NCBI GenBank assembly: GCA_002269645.1
Contig: NIVC01000260.1
Span: 124,001 to 188,000, forward strand
DNA length: 64,000 bases
Direction: 5' to 3'
Source: Macrostomum lignano
Taxonomy: Eukaryota
Numbering within the stretch: the stretch's first letter is position 1; every line of letters starts with the position of its first letter. Below the pieces are notes generated by a model, which was not told where the DNA came from, did no database searches, and saw only the letters and a list, made by a program, of their open reading frames with translations. A program made the position numbers and the translations under genes. Of this stretch, positions 11,534-24,289 are shown in pieces.

Positions 11534-11617
11534 ACGGCCAGCAATTAATGGACATGGTGACAAATTTGGCGAGGGCTCATTCTGATAGCTGTCCGTGGCT
11601 GAATGACCCTATGCCGG
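11534..11617 (+). CDS. ZC3HC1: ZC3HC1-like, exon 3
   Basis: LARAHSDSCPWLNDPMP completes the C3HC finger (AHxxxCxW); phases consistent. Confidence 0.88.
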
Positions 11618-11689
11618 GTGAGTCTTTATCTGAAATTTATTGAATCACCTTGGTAAGCTACAATGTACTTCTCATAGGGTGAGGTTCTT

Positions 11690-12690
11690 AGCGATATTGT
11701 GACATCTCATGGGATGAGATTCTCAGAGATTGTAATATATCATAGAGTGAGATTCTCAGCAGTATTGTGACATTTCATAGGGTGACATTCTAAGCGGTAT
11801 TGTGACATCCCATAGGGTGACATTCTCAGCGGTATTGTGACATCTAATAGGGTGACATTCTCAGCGGTATTGTGACATCTCATAGGGTGACATTCTCAGC
11901 GGTATTGTGACATCTCATAGGGTGACATTATCAGCGGTATTGTGACATCTCATAGGGTGACATTCTCAGCGGTATTGTGACATCCCATAGGGTGAAATTC
12001 TCAGCGGTATTGTGACATCTAATAGGGTGACATTCTCAGCGGTATTGTGACATCTAATAGGGTGACATTCTCAGTAGCATTGTGACATCTCATAGGGTGA
12101 GATTCTCAGAGATTGTGACATTTCATAGGGTGAGAGTCTCAGTGTTATTGTGACATCTCATAGGGTGAGAGTCTCAGCGGTATTGTGACATCTCATAGGG
12201 TGAGAGTCTCAGCGGTATTGTGACATCTCATAGGGTGAGAGTCTTAGTAGTATTGTGAGATCTCATAGGGTGAGAGTCTCAGAGATTGTGACATTTCATA
12301 GGGTGAGAGTCTCAGTGTTATTGTGACATCTCATAGGGTGAGAGTCTCAGCGGTATTGTGACATCTCATAGGGTGAGAGTCTCAGCGGTATTGTGACATC
12401 TCATAGGGTGAGAGTCTTAGTAGTATTGTGAGATCTCATAGGGTGAGAGTCTCAGTGGTATTCAGTGGTATTGTGACATATCATAGGGTGAGAGTCTCAG
12501 TAGTATTGTGAGATCTCATAGGGTGAGAGTCTCAGTGGTATTCAGTGGTATTGTGACATCTCACAGGGTGAGAGTCTTAGCGGTATTGTGACATCTAATA
12601 GCGTGAGAGTCTCAGTGTTATTGTGACATCTCACAGGGTGAGATTCTCAGTAGGATTGAGACACCTCATAATCTTCATAGGGTGAGATTC
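11690..12690. repeat. 35-bp minisatellite in ZC3HC1 intron 3
   Basis: Unit CGGTATTGTGACATCTCATAGGGTGACATTCTCAG, shifting to GTGAGAGTCTCAG rightwards. Confidence 0.95.
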
Positions 12691-12828
12691 GCAGTAAGCC
12701 ATGTGAGACCTTACTAATTGAGAACTAGAAAGATATGAGCATGTTTCATGATGACGTGGTGAGTTGCGTCATAAATCATTCAAAGTATTGGCAGTTACCA
12801 ATAGGATCAGCTTAAATCCACCCCGCAG

Positions 12829-12950
12829 ACGACACGCCGCTGCTGCCTTTCACCGATCCCGACGCTGATCTGCGCGCCTTCCTCAACATCAGCGAGAGTC
12901 TGGCCCCGATTAGCGCAGCCGTGAATCCCAATGTTCGATTCACCTTGCAG
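12829..12950 (+). CDS. ZC3HC1: ZC3HC1-like, exon 4
   Basis: ccccgcag acceptor, DDTPLLPFTDPDADLRAFL, CAG|gtacca donor. Confidence 0.8.
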
Positions 12951-13032
12951 GTACCACTTTTTTCTACTATCGATAATTACGCAAATATCGATTATTATGA
13001 ATTTGACAACTCTCCCCCTCCTCATCATGCAG

Positions 13033-13545
13033 TGCACCGTAGCCCGCGACCTGCTAGAGTTTGTACGCAGTCGCAGCGACTGCCTTCTCTCCCTGCCAGA
13101 CGATGTCCGACAGCGCTGCTGCCTGCTGGCCGTGGCCGGCTGGTGCCCGGACACCACAACAGCTGCGGCAGCTGCCGCTCGGAATCGCCTGATCTGTTGC
13201 TGCTTCTGTCAGCGTCGAGTCGGCTTATTGAGTCTCAACCGCGGCTTGGAACAGCAGCAGTTGCAGGCTGCCTCCTCTGCTTCTACGGCGACAACCAACA
13301 CGACTGTTGTCGTTGATGACGCTTCGTTATCCGACGGAGTCGAAGCCGGCATGTCGCTCGGAGCTGCCGCTGCAGCCGCCGCTGCTGTTACGGCTTCCAG
13401 CTGCGGCGGCAGCAGCGCCAACATGCCGGCCCCGAGCTACGCCCTGACTGAGATGATCATCAACAGGCAGCTGCTGTTTGCTAAGAAGCAGCACAGCGTG
13501 TCTGATTGGTCGCTTATTAGCAATGCCGGCAGCGAGGCCGCCTCC
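13033..13545 (+). CDS. ZC3HC1: ZC3HC1-like, exon 5
   Basis: CCLLAVAGW and CCFCQRRVGL (Rsm1-like motifs); donor TCC|gtgagt. Confidence 0.8.
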
Positions 13546-13569
13546 GTGAGTCTTCTTTGAGTTCTATTC

Positions 13570-14180
13570 CTGTCCTGTGTCTGTCTGTTCTTCCTGTCCA
13601 GTGCCTATCTTGTCTGTCTTCTTCCTGTCCAGTGTCTATCTTGTCTGTCTGTTCTTCCTGTCCAGTGTCTATCTTGTCTGTCTGTTCTTCCTGTTTGTTC
13701 TTCCTGTCCAGTGCCTATCTTGTCTGTCTGTTCTTCCTGTCCAGTGCATATCTTGTCTGTCTGTTCTTCCTGTCCAGTGCTTATCTTGTCTGTCTGTTCT
13801 TCCTGTCCAGTGTCTATCTTGTCTGTCTGCCCTTCCTGTCCAGTATCTGTCTGTCTGCCTTTCCTGTCCAGTGTCTGTCTGTCTGTCTTTCGTGTCCAGT
13901 GCCTGTCTGTCTTTCCTGTCCAGTGCCTGTCTGTCTTTCCTGTCCAGTGCCTGTCTGTCTGTCTTTCCTGTCCAGTGTCTGTCTGCCCTTCCTGTCTAGT
14001 GGCTGTCTGTCTGTCTTTCCTGTTCAGTGTCTGTCTGCCCTTCCTGTAATCCTGTCCAGTGTCTGTCTGTCTTTCTTGTCCAGTGTCTGTCTGCCCTTCC
14101 TGTCCAGTGTCTGTCTGCCTTTCCTGTCCAGTGTCTGTCTGCCTTTCCTGTCCAGTGTTTGTGTTCATCCTGTCTGTTTT
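13570..14180. repeat. Pyrimidine-rich minisatellite (TTCCTGTCCAGTGTCTGTCTG variants) in ZC3HC1 intron 5
   Basis: Tandem degenerate units starting about 25 nt after the donor. Confidence 0.9.
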
Positions 14181-14937
14181 TCCTGCTCAATTTTCTTTTC
14201 TCTTCTCATGCTAATGATTTTCTTGACCCGTCCTGTCCAGCCGTCATCTCTGCTTGTCATACCTATCCATCAGCTCTCCAGTCTTCCCTCTCTGCTAGTT
14301 TACTCTGCTAATTTATCTGGAACAAATTCTTTTTACAAAAAAGGACAGCTCGCACTACAATGCTGTGTTGTGTAAATTGTAATCTGCAGACTTATTTGCT
14401 AAAATATTGGCAAGATTATTGATTAGATTGATTGATTAGTGCACTGCTACTGATGAACAGCTGGTTGTACCGGCGAACTTAGGTTATATGATTATCATTT
14501 CTCCTCACGCACGCATCATTTCACCTGGCCATCTGGCGCAAACATGATTCTGGAAATTTTCGCTAGCAACAAAAATAACTTTCAGTTCCTGTCGAACTGT
14601 GGATGGGCAAACAATTGATTTCGTAGGAAATTCGATAAAATGACTTATTTTCGCGTGTTTCGATAGGCTCCAATTTTGTGACTAAGGGGATATTAATTCG
14701 AAAATTATTTCCTTTTTTGCTTTGAGAAGGAAATTTGAATTGCTTCCTGTTGCTTCAGCATCTTTGAGTAGAAGTTGCCTACTCGGCTTTTATTACTACT
14801 GGGTTTCTTCCTGTCTCAGCAACTCTTTTGTAACGAACCAGACGCATTTGCTGTGTGCAAACTCTGCCTCCAGACTCCCGCTCTCCATTTGACCCCCTCC
14901 GGTCTTCTTCTCCACTAGTCTATCCAGCATTTCCTAG

Positions 14938-15672
14938 AGATTATTAGATCTCATAGTCAATAGAAGAAGAACGTTACTTGCTAGCCCCTGTGAAACGAAT
15001 ACGCCGCAGATGCGAGACCTCGACGATGTCCAGTCGGTGGCCGGCAGCACCGTGTCCAATCTGTCGGCCGGCGAAATCGCCAACCAGCTGCAGGATGTCG
15101 AACAGCAGCAGAAGCAGCAGACTCCGCCGCCTTCAGTCGGTTTGACTCTGTTGAATCTGCCGTCATCGTCGTCAGCTGGCGGCGACGGCAGCGTCAGCGG
15201 CGATCCGGACAACTGGTCCACCATGACCAACGCCGATAGCGACCGGCGCTCCGTTGCTCAATCCGACGTCGCCACGTTCAGCGTCTGCGACGGCGACTTC
15301 GGCAGCGGAGGCGACATCGGCGGCGGCAGCGGCGGCAAGCGGCCTCGACTAGACGTTCTGGACGAGGCTGGCGCTTCATCGTCGATGGCGCCCGGTGCCG
15401 GCTCCTTGGCGCCGATTGTTAGCGTCGATTTGCTGGCTCTGCACTGGGCCTGGTGTCCCTGGCGGCCGGGCGACCCGTCAGAGGACTGGTGCCGCTCCGT
15501 GCTCAGCCACCCGGACCTGCCCGCCAAACCCGGCTTCTCGGATGCCGGCAGCCCGGCCGCTGACGACTCGGCTGCTGGCGATCGGAACGGCGACGATGAA
15601 GGAGGCGACGGGTCCGACCAGCCGCTGCCTACCACGCCGCCAACGCCCACTCCGCAATCGTCTAGCGCTTGA
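14938..15672 (+). CDS. ZC3HC1: ZC3HC1-like, terminal exon 6
   Basis: ttcctag acceptor phase 0, open to TGA at 15670-72; HWAWCPW matches the C-terminal HRDWCPW motif. Confidence 0.78.
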   Translation, partial: RLLDLIVNRRRTLLASPCETNTPQMRDLDDVQSVAGSTVSNLSAGEIANQLQDVEQQQKQQTPPPSVGLTLLNLPSSSSAGGDGSVSGDPDNWSTMTNADSDRRSVAQSDVATFSVCDGDFGSGGDIGGGSGGKRPRLDVLDEAGASSSMAPGAGSLAPIVSVDLLALHWAWCPWRPGDPSEDWCRSVLSHPDLPAKPGFSDAGSPAADDSAAGDRNGDDEGGDGSDQPLPTTPPTPTPQSSSA

Positions 15673-15719
15673 TTGATTGGTTGATCTGATCTGCTAGTTT
15701 GTTAATTGAGTTGATTTAT

Positions 15720-16810
15720 TGAGCTGGAATTGATTGATTGACAGTTTATTGTCTATAGGTTGATTGATTGATTGATCTATTTGGGTAATTGATTGTTTTA
15801 TTTGGTTGATTGATTGATTGATCTATTTGGTTGATTGATTGATTGATCTATTTGGTTGATTGATTGATTGATCTATTTGGTTGATTGATTGATTGATTTA
15901 TTTGGTTGATTGATTGATCTATTTGGTTGATTGATTGATTGATTTATTTGGTTGATTGATTGATCTATTTGGTTGATTGATTGATTGATCTATTTGGTTG
16001 ATTGATTGATTTATTTGGTTGATTGATTGATCTATTTGGTTGATTGATTGATTGATCTATTTGGTTGATTGATTGATTTATTTGGTTGATTGATTGATCT
16101 ATTTGGTTGATTGATTGATTTATTTGGTTGATTGATTGATCTATTTGGTTGATTGATTGATTGATTTATTTGGTTGATTGATTGATTAATTGATCTATTT
16201 GGTTGATTGATTGATTGATCTATTTGGTTGATTTATTGATTGATCTATTTGGTTGATTTATTGATTGATCTATTTGGTTGATTGATTGATTTATTTGGTT
16301 GGGTGATTGATTGATCTATTTGGTTGATTGATTGATCTATTTGGTTGATTGATTGATCTATTAAGTTGATTGATTGATTGATCTATTTGGTTGATTGATT
16401 GATCTATTTGGTTGATTGATTGATCTTTTTGGTTGATTGATTGATCTTTTTGGTTGATTGATTGATCTATTTGTTTAATTGATTGATCTATTTGGTTGAT
16501 TGATTGATTGATTGATCTATTTGGTTGATTTATTTATTTATTTGGTTGATTGATTGATTTATTTGGTTGATTGATTGATCTATTTGGTTGATTGATTGAT
16601 TGATTTATTTGGTTGATTGATTGATCTATTTGGTTGATTGATTGATTTATTTGGTTGATTGATTGATCTATTTGGTTGATTGATTTATTTATTTATTTAT
16701 TTATTTGGTTGATTGATTGATCTATTGGTTGATTGATATTTTTGGTTTATTGATTGATTGATCTATTTGGTTTATTGATTGATCTATTTGATCGATTGAT
16801 TGATTGATCT
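15720..16810. repeat. (TTGA)n-based array with CTATTTGG spacers
   Basis: 17-25 bp units such as TTGATTGATTGATCTATTTGG. Confidence 0.95.
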
Positions 16811-17204
16811 ATATGGTCAATTGACTGGTTCGTTAATTAATTTATTCTTTTTGACGGATCTCATAAAAGCGACTGAATCTTATCAATCAATTCTAGCATT
16901 TCATGGCACTCAACTGCTGCATTATAAATTATAAGTTGATCGGCTTGTTAAATGTTCAATGGTTTGTTAATAGCAGTTTTCTGTTAATAGTAGTATCTAG
17001 CATTGTTATAATACCGGTATGTAATTTTTATTTCCTATTTTTGAGATTCTTGCTATGGTGAGCTTTTTTATCTACAGTTCCCGTGTGACTATTTAACCTC
17101 ATTTTGGGGCTTTTGAGGTGCATCCGTGTGTATGTGTGTGTGTGTTTAATCCCAGTTCCTTTCATCATTTTTATTTAATCAATTTAGGTCACTTCGGGTA
17201 TAAG

Positions 17205-18500
17205 ATTTTCACTCTCACTGTAAGAGTGACATTTTTGGAATGAGTGACATCTGTAGTTTTTTCACTCTCACTGTAAGAGTGACATTTTTGGAATGAGTGA
17301 CATCTGTAGTTTTTTCACTCTCACTGTAAGAGTGACATTTTTGGAATGAGGGACATCTGTAGTTTTTTCACTCTCACTGTAAGTGTGACATTTTTGGAAT
17401 GAGGGACATCTGTAGTTTTTTCACTCTCACTGTAAGAGTGACATTTTTGGAATGAGGGACATCTGTAGTTTTTTCACTCTCACTGTAAGTGTGACATTTT
17501 TGGAATGAGGGACATCTGTAGTTTTTTCACTGTCACTGTAAGAGTGACATTTTTGGAATGAGGGACATCTGTAGGATTTTCACTGTCACTGTAAGAGTGA
17601 CATTTTTGGAATGAGGGACATCTGTAGTTTTTTCACTGTCACTGTAAGAGTGACATTTTTGGAATGAGGGACATCTGTAGGATTTTCACTGTCACTGTAA
17701 GAGTGACATTTTTGGAATGAGGGACATCTGTAGTTTTTTCACTGTCACTGTAAGAGTGACATTTTTGGAATGAGGGACATCTGTAGGATTTTCACTGTCA
17801 CTGTAAGAGTGACATTTTTGGAATGAGGGACATCTGTAGGATTTTCACTCTCACTGTAAGAGTGACATTTTTGGAATGAGGGACATCTGTAGGATTTTCA
17901 CTCTTACTGTAAGAGTGACATTTTTGGAATGAGGGACATCTGTAGGATTTTCACTGTCACTGTAAGAGTGACATTTTTGGAATGAGGGACATCTGTAGGA
18001 TTTTCACTGTCACTGTAAGAGTGACATTTTTGGAATGAGGGACATCTGTAGGATTTTCACTCTCACTGTAAGAGTGACATTTTTGGAATGAGGGACATCT
18101 GTAGGATTTTCACTCACTGTAAGAGTGACATTTTTGGAATGAGGGACATCTGTAGTTTTCACTCACTGTAAGAGTGACATTTTTGGAATGAGGGACATCT
18201 GTAGGATTTTCACTCTCACTGTAAGAGTGACATTTTTGGAATGAGGGACATCTGTAGGATTTTCACTGTCACTGTAAGAGTGACATTTTTGGAATGAGGG
18301 ACATCTGTAGGATTTTCACTGTCACTGTAAGAGTGACATTTTTGGAATGAGTCTGTACACTCACTGTAAGAGTGACATTTCACTCTCACTGTAAGAGTGA
18401 CATTTTTGGAATGAGGGACATCTGTAGGATTTTCACTGTCACTGTAAGAGTGACATTTTTGGAATGAGGGACATCTGTACATCTGTAAGATTTTCAATCA
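17205..18500. repeat. 53-bp minisatellite
   Basis: GTGACATTTTTGGAATGAGGGACATCTGTAGTTTTTTCACTCTCACTGTAAGA, about 23 copies. Confidence 0.95.
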
Positions 18501-18919
18501 CTCACTGTAAGAAGTGAAGTTTTAGGGTAAAACACTCGCTGTAAGCTTCCGTAATTTTAAACTGTAAAAGTGAAGTTTTAGGGTAAAACACTCGCTGTAG
18601 CTTCCGTAATTTTAAAGTCCAACCGTTTTAAAACAGATTGGGTATTACATGTACTTTAATTTTCTATGCACTTGTGCTAATGCGATGAAATATCGATTTT
18701 TTCTAATTAATCAACTTTAACTCTTATGTTTAATGTTTCATCGACAATGACAAAGTAAACAGAACTTTATTGTCATCTTCTGCTAATATGCTGTTAAACT
18801 TACTGTAGTACTTTTTCTATGTAAATATCTGGTGTGTCACTTAACTATTCACTCAAATTTTCAATAGGCAGCCTCTCATGTTAACCTTCTTTGTCACCAT
18901 TCTATCAATCAATGCAGCT

Positions 18920-19610
18920 AACCTCTCCCAAGACTCGCCCCTCAACCTCCCCCAGAATCGCCCCTCAACCTCCACCAGAATCGCCCCTCAACCTCCCCCA
19001 GAATCGCCCCTCAACCTCCCAGAATCGCCCCTCAACCTCCCCCAAGACTCGCCCCTCAACCTCCACCAGAATTGCCCCTCAACCTCCCCCAGAATCGCCC
19101 CTCAACCTCCTCCAGAATCGCCCCTCAACCTCCCCCAGAATCGCCATCGCCCCTCAACCTCGCCCAGAATCGCCCCTCAACCTCCTCCAGAATCGCCCCT
19201 CAACCTCCCCCAGAATCGCCATCGCCCCTCAACCTCGCCCAAGAATCGCCCCTCAACCTCGCCCAAGAATCGCCCCTCAACCTCCCCCAAGAATCACCCC
19301 TCAACCTCCCCAAGAATCACCCCTCAACCTCCCCCCCGCAGAATCGCCCTCAACCTCCCCCCCCCGCAGAATCGCCCCTCAACCTCCCCCCCCGCAGAAT
19401 CGCCCCTCAACCTCCCCCCCCCGCAGAATCGCCCCTCAACCTCCCCCCCCGCAGAATCGCCCCTCAACCTCCCCCAAGAATCGCCCCTCAACCTCCCCAA
19501 GAATCACCCCTCAACCTCCCCCCGCAGAATCGCCCCTCAACCTCCCCCCCCGCAGAATCGCCCCTCAACCTCCCCCCCCGCAGAATCACCCCTCAACCTC
19601 CCCCAAAAAT
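18920..19610. repeat. C-rich ~23-bp minisatellite
   Basis: CCCCTCAACCTCCCCCAGAATCG variants; source of the Pro-rich ORFs. Confidence 0.93.
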
Positions 19611-20079
19611 CACCTTAATACTTGTACATGTAGACTCAAACTCCCAACACTTATTTCACTAAAAGTGGCCTCACTTTAATGCTTGGCGCCGCATATTTTA
19701 TATCACTAACTTGTCCTTTACTTTTTCCGGTGTTATTATCAAGCGATTAAAAAGTGTTACAAAACTGTTAAAGCACCCGTCAATAATGCGCGAATGGAGA
19801 CAATGGCAAGCTGTTGGTTGCCGTTATTTATCAAAACTTTTGCTTTACACCGCAGTAATCCAAGTTAGGGAGGTATTGTTAATCCTAATTTTGAATTATT
19901 TTCAGGGTTTCACTTCTAAAGTAAATTCGTCAAATTGTGTGCGTTTCTTGGCCACGTAATAAAACTTCGTTTTTCACTTCGATCCGTACCGCATGTAGAT
20001 TCAGAATCAGAATTTCATCTTTGCAATTTGTCTTCTTTACTTTAATATAATCACCTCATTTCTTTATTTGTTCTTAGAC

Positions 20080-20450
20080 TCACTCACTCACGCATTCACT
20101 AATTCATAAACTCACTTATTCACGCATTCACTAATTCATAAACTCACTTATTCATCCATTCACTAATTCATAAACTCACTAACTCACGCATTCACTAATT
20201 CATAAACTCACTTATTCATCCATTCACTAATTCATAAACTCACTAACTCACGCATTCACTAATTCATAAACTCACTCACTCACACATTCACTAATTCATA
20301 AACTCACTTATTCACGCATTCACTAATTCATAAACTCACTAACTCACGCATTCACTAATTCATAAACTCACTCACTCACGCATTCACTAATTCTTAAACT
20401 CACTCACTCACGCATTCACTAATTCATAAACTCAGTCACATTCACTAAAG
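20080..20450. repeat. 32-bp minisatellite
   Basis: CACTAATTCATAAACTCACTCACTCACGCATT. Confidence 0.93.
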
Positions 20451-20799
20451 TATTTATTATTGATATTTGCTAGCAATTTAGCAGATACATTCCTATAGCT
20501 ACTAGTTAACAGGACCAATGCATGGTGAAACCTATATAGTGCCTAGCACTGTGTCATTCCATTTTGTTCTGTACTTTTAGTACCGTCTTGCTGTTCATTC
20601 TCGATAATACAAGTCCCTTCACATTATATGGCATATGCATTAAAGCTAATGTCCGTTGGGGAATGAAATCCATATTAATATAGATTACTTTGTTTGATGA
20701 AACGGCATGACAGCCTAATGTGCTCAACTGAGTGATGCATGCTGTTCTCTAACTTCCTGGCATACATATCCTGCATCTTGCCGCTGCCACAGAATCCTA

Positions 20800-21162
20800 G
20801 TATCGCCCCCTGTATCCTCCCAGTGTCTTTAAGGACTCGCCCCCCCCCCCTGTATCCTCCCAGTGTCTTTAAGGAATCGCCCCCTGTATCCTCCCAGTGT
20901 CTTTAAGGACTCGCCCCCCCCCTGTATCCTCCCAGTGTCTCTAAGGAATCGCCCCCTGTATCCTCCCAGTGTCTTTAAGGACTCGCCCCCCCCCCCTGTA
21001 TCCTCCCAGTGTCTTTAAGGACTCGCCCCCCCCTGTATCCTCCCAGTGTCTTTAAGGACTCGCCCCCCCCCCTGTATCCTCCCAGTGTCTTTAAGGACTC
21101 GCCCCCCCCCCCTGTATCCTCCCAGTGTCTTTAAGGACTCGCCCCCCCCCCTGTATCCTCCC
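20800..21162. repeat. ~36-43-bp minisatellite with variable poly-C
   Basis: CCTGTATCCTCCCAGTGTCTTTAAGGACTCG(C)n. Confidence 0.93.
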
Positions 21163-21417
21163 GCAAAGAACTTTTAATTGTTGATCAGTAGTTTTATTTC
21201 CGTGAACATCTTTTTGTCACTCAAATTTTTACACGCAATAAAAAGGTCAATTATTTGGGACTAAACGTTTTATGAGAACTGAGTTTCATTAGCTGAAAAT
21301 CTTCAAACCGAGTCCTCATCAATGTCGCTTTCAAGGGCCGAGTTGCTGCCGTTCACTGTTAGATAGGTGCCGGTCATCTGGGGTGAGAGGCGGTGGTTCG
21401 GGGGGATTATGTCCGTC

Positions 21418-21433
21418 TGTCTATCTATCTATG

Positions 21434-21464
<31 letters not shown>

Positions 21465-21529
21465 GTATCTATTTATCTATCCATCTATCCATCTATCTAT
21501 CTATCTATCTGTCTGTCTATCTATCTATC

Positions 21530-21560
<31 letters not shown>

Positions 21561-21625
21561 CTGTCTGTCTATCTATCTATCTATCTGTCTATCTATCTAT
21601 CTGTCTTCTATCTATCTATCTATCC
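21418..21625. repeat. (CTAT)n microsatellite
   Basis: Direct observation. Confidence 0.95.
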
Positions 21626-21862
21626 AGATGCCACTCAGTACCTGCTGCAGGCAGTGCCTCCGCCATCCAGCTGCCTGATTCGCTTCTTCATCGCTGCGGC
21701 TTTGACTTTGGCTGCATTCGCCGCAGCCGCTGCCGGCTAAGCGACTCGTTGCTCCGTTATCAGCTGAGTAGTCGTTGATCTGGATGCTCGGGTTGGCGTG
21801 GTTGGTGCCAGCCGGGCCCCCCTGCTGGCTGCGGCCTCCGCCAGCCGCGCTGGCAGCCCTTC

Positions 21863-22923
21863 TCAGCGCGGAGCGGACCGTCCCCCGAGCTTCGACCGGA
21901 AGCCCTCGTAGGACACGTAGTAGACCAGAATGTTGACAGTGGAGTCCAGGCACGTAGCCAGGTTGGCCAAGTAGCCGATGGTATTCCAACCAACCGTGAC
22001 AGCACTGTTGCTATCCAGACTGTCCCGGGGGTCAATGCACTTGAGCACGGTGGGCCATTCGAAGGCCAGAAATGCCAGGCAGATGCAGGTCACTGTTCGA
22101 TTCCTGGCAGCGAATCGGTCTCCTTGAAGCTTGACGTCGCCACGGCTGTGGCAGTGATGCCGATGCTGATGCTGCATCAGCCGAGCGCGGAGTCTGCGCT
22201 GAGCTAGGATGCTTCTCAGCAGGCGCACGGTGCAAATTAGCAAGCAGATACACGGGCCGCAGCTCTGGAATAGGAAGAGCGCAGCGCCCAGGTAGACTAT
22301 TCGGTAGACTTTTGAGCCATTCAGCTGGCTGTCCAGGTGGCTGACCTGCCAGTCCGATGAGCACACTACCGCTTGGAATTCGAGCAGTCTGGGCAGGGCG
22401 ATGAGGCAGCTCAAGACGCCTGCCAGCATCAGGCGTCTGGCCGCGGCTCCGCGGGTTGGCCCGCTGCCACCGCCCCGCGCGCTGTGCAGGCGGCAAGCAG
22501 CGAGCAGCGGAAATAGCTGATAGCAACTACAGCCCAATTGCGCAGAATGTGCAGCGCCGTTACCATAGCAATCGTGCCAGTGAGCACCATAGCAACCAAT
22601 TTCGCGGCCAGTCCAGTTGGCAATCGAAGCAAATTGGAATCCATGGCGTATATTAGAGTCTGGTTCAGAGCGAACACGCCCTGGAATGCGGACTCTGCTA
22701 TGGACAGGGCTCGCAGCAGCCGGTGAAACTCCAGACTAGGCTTCATGCGGAGGAACACGGCCCAGCTGATGAGATTCAACACGCAGTTGATTGTAGCCAA
22801 GCCGATGATGGCAGGGTAGTAGATTCTTAGCGCCGGGTGCTGGCTAAGGAATTCCCCGTTGTACCGGCTGGCGTTCTCGCACTCGTGACTGGAATTTCCG
22901 GTTAGAATCAGGCTGTAGCTCAT
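21863..22923 (-). CDS. Rhodopsin-class (peptide receptor-like) GPCR, frameshifted near 22500; true C-terminus uncertain
   Basis: TM1 INCVLNLISWAVF, TM3 RNWAVVAISYFR, TM4 LIALPRLLE, TM5 YLGAALFLFQSCGPC, TM6 CLAFLAFEWP, TM7 NLATCLDSTVNILVY; split over ORFs 22429..22923 and 21863..22537. Confidence 0.8.
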
Positions 22924-23139
22924 GGCGCGCTGTGGTGACGGTCTAGGCAGCTAACTAGTTCAGGTTTGCCTGTCTGTCTAATGCGGCTGAGGCGAAGGGG
23001 ATGAGGCACCGTGTGACGGCCGATTGATTTATATTTTAACCTGTGCGCCATTTGGGGATGTCATCCAGCTGCGGTCTCAGTCATTGGCTGCGGTCTCAGT
23101 CTGTGAGATGCACTGTGGCCGAGATAGACGTGCTTCGGT

Positions 23140-23322
23140 AATCTGTCTGCCTGCCTGTCTGTCTGCCTGTCTGCCTGTCTGTCTGTCTGTCTGTCTGCTT
23201 GTCTGTCAACATGTTGTTGCTTTCACGAACGCGAAACTTCACAACCGCTAAAACGACTGCCGTGTATGAAAGTAAGTGCAAAATTTTTAGCGATTGTGAA
23301 GTTTCGCGTTTGTGAAACCCAC

Positions 23323-23375
<53 letters not shown>

Positions 23376-23400
23376 TTCTGTCTGCTTGTCTGTCTGTTCC

Positions 23401-23435
<35 letters not shown>

Positions 23436-23710
23436 TCCTGTCTGTCTATCTGTGTGAGTGTCTTGTCTGTAAGTGTCCATCTCCCTATGTCTGTATGTCT
23501 ATCTGTGTGAGTGTCTTGTCTGTAAGTGTCCATCTCCCTATGTGTCTGTCTATCTGTGTGAGTGTCTTGTCTGTAAGTGTCTATCTCCCTATGTGTCTGT
23601 CTATCTGTGTGAGTGTCTTGTCTGTAAGTGTCCATCTCCCTATGTCTGTCTGTCTATCTGTGTGAGTGTCTTGTCTGTAAGTGTCTAACTCCCTATCCGT
23701 CTGTCTGTCT
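23140..23710. repeat. (CTGT)n microsatellite grading into a ~47-bp minisatellite; encloses a 33-bp inverted repeat
   Basis: Direct observation; arms at 23221-53 and 23285-317. Confidence 0.9.
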
Positions 23711-24289
23711 TGTCAGTCTTTTGCTAACACCTGCCCTTGTCTTATCCAGCTCAAGTATGCAGCTTCTAATGATTATCAATTGAATCAGTTTTGGCTGCAC
23801 CTGGTTGCACTGCCTGAAATCACGGCTAAGAAAGATGACTTTATTGAATTCCCGATCTGTAGGCATTGAATCTTCAGTCCACTAAAAAGGCGGAAAATAA
23901 ATTAATCGAATGTTAAGCTAATTTAGGGAGCACGGGGACCAGGGATGAGGATATCCGCTTGATTAGCGCCGAAGTGAGTGCGGGATCCGGCTGTCGCACT
24001 GTTTCATCTGTCTCATTTTGTTTTAATTCAAATTAGCTGGCACAAGTCACAGTTCCACGGGAGGGATCTCTGAGTCAATGCAGTCCTGTCACAGGGCTGT
24101 CTCCGCGCCTTTCCTTGGGCCCGCATTAAACTTTCGTCCATCGTAGAAGCTCATGCTGGCAATGAGAAAGCCTATTTTAAGAGACTAGTTGGCCAAGAGC
24201 AGCAATTATCTCAAATAACAGGCAGAATCCGCACACGCTGCATTGTACGTAGCTAAATAGGGCCTATGCAGCAGATACTATTTTCACAG

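Noticed and set aside
17205-18500. CRISPR-like regular repeats here and in other arrays
   Set aside because: Units are head-to-tail with no unique spacers, no cas genes are present, and the context is eukaryotic.
21628-21740. Plus-strand hydrophobic tail resembling a GPI-signal terminal exon
   Set aside because: No credible upstream exons were found; it is more simply the antisense of the GC-rich GPCR tail region.
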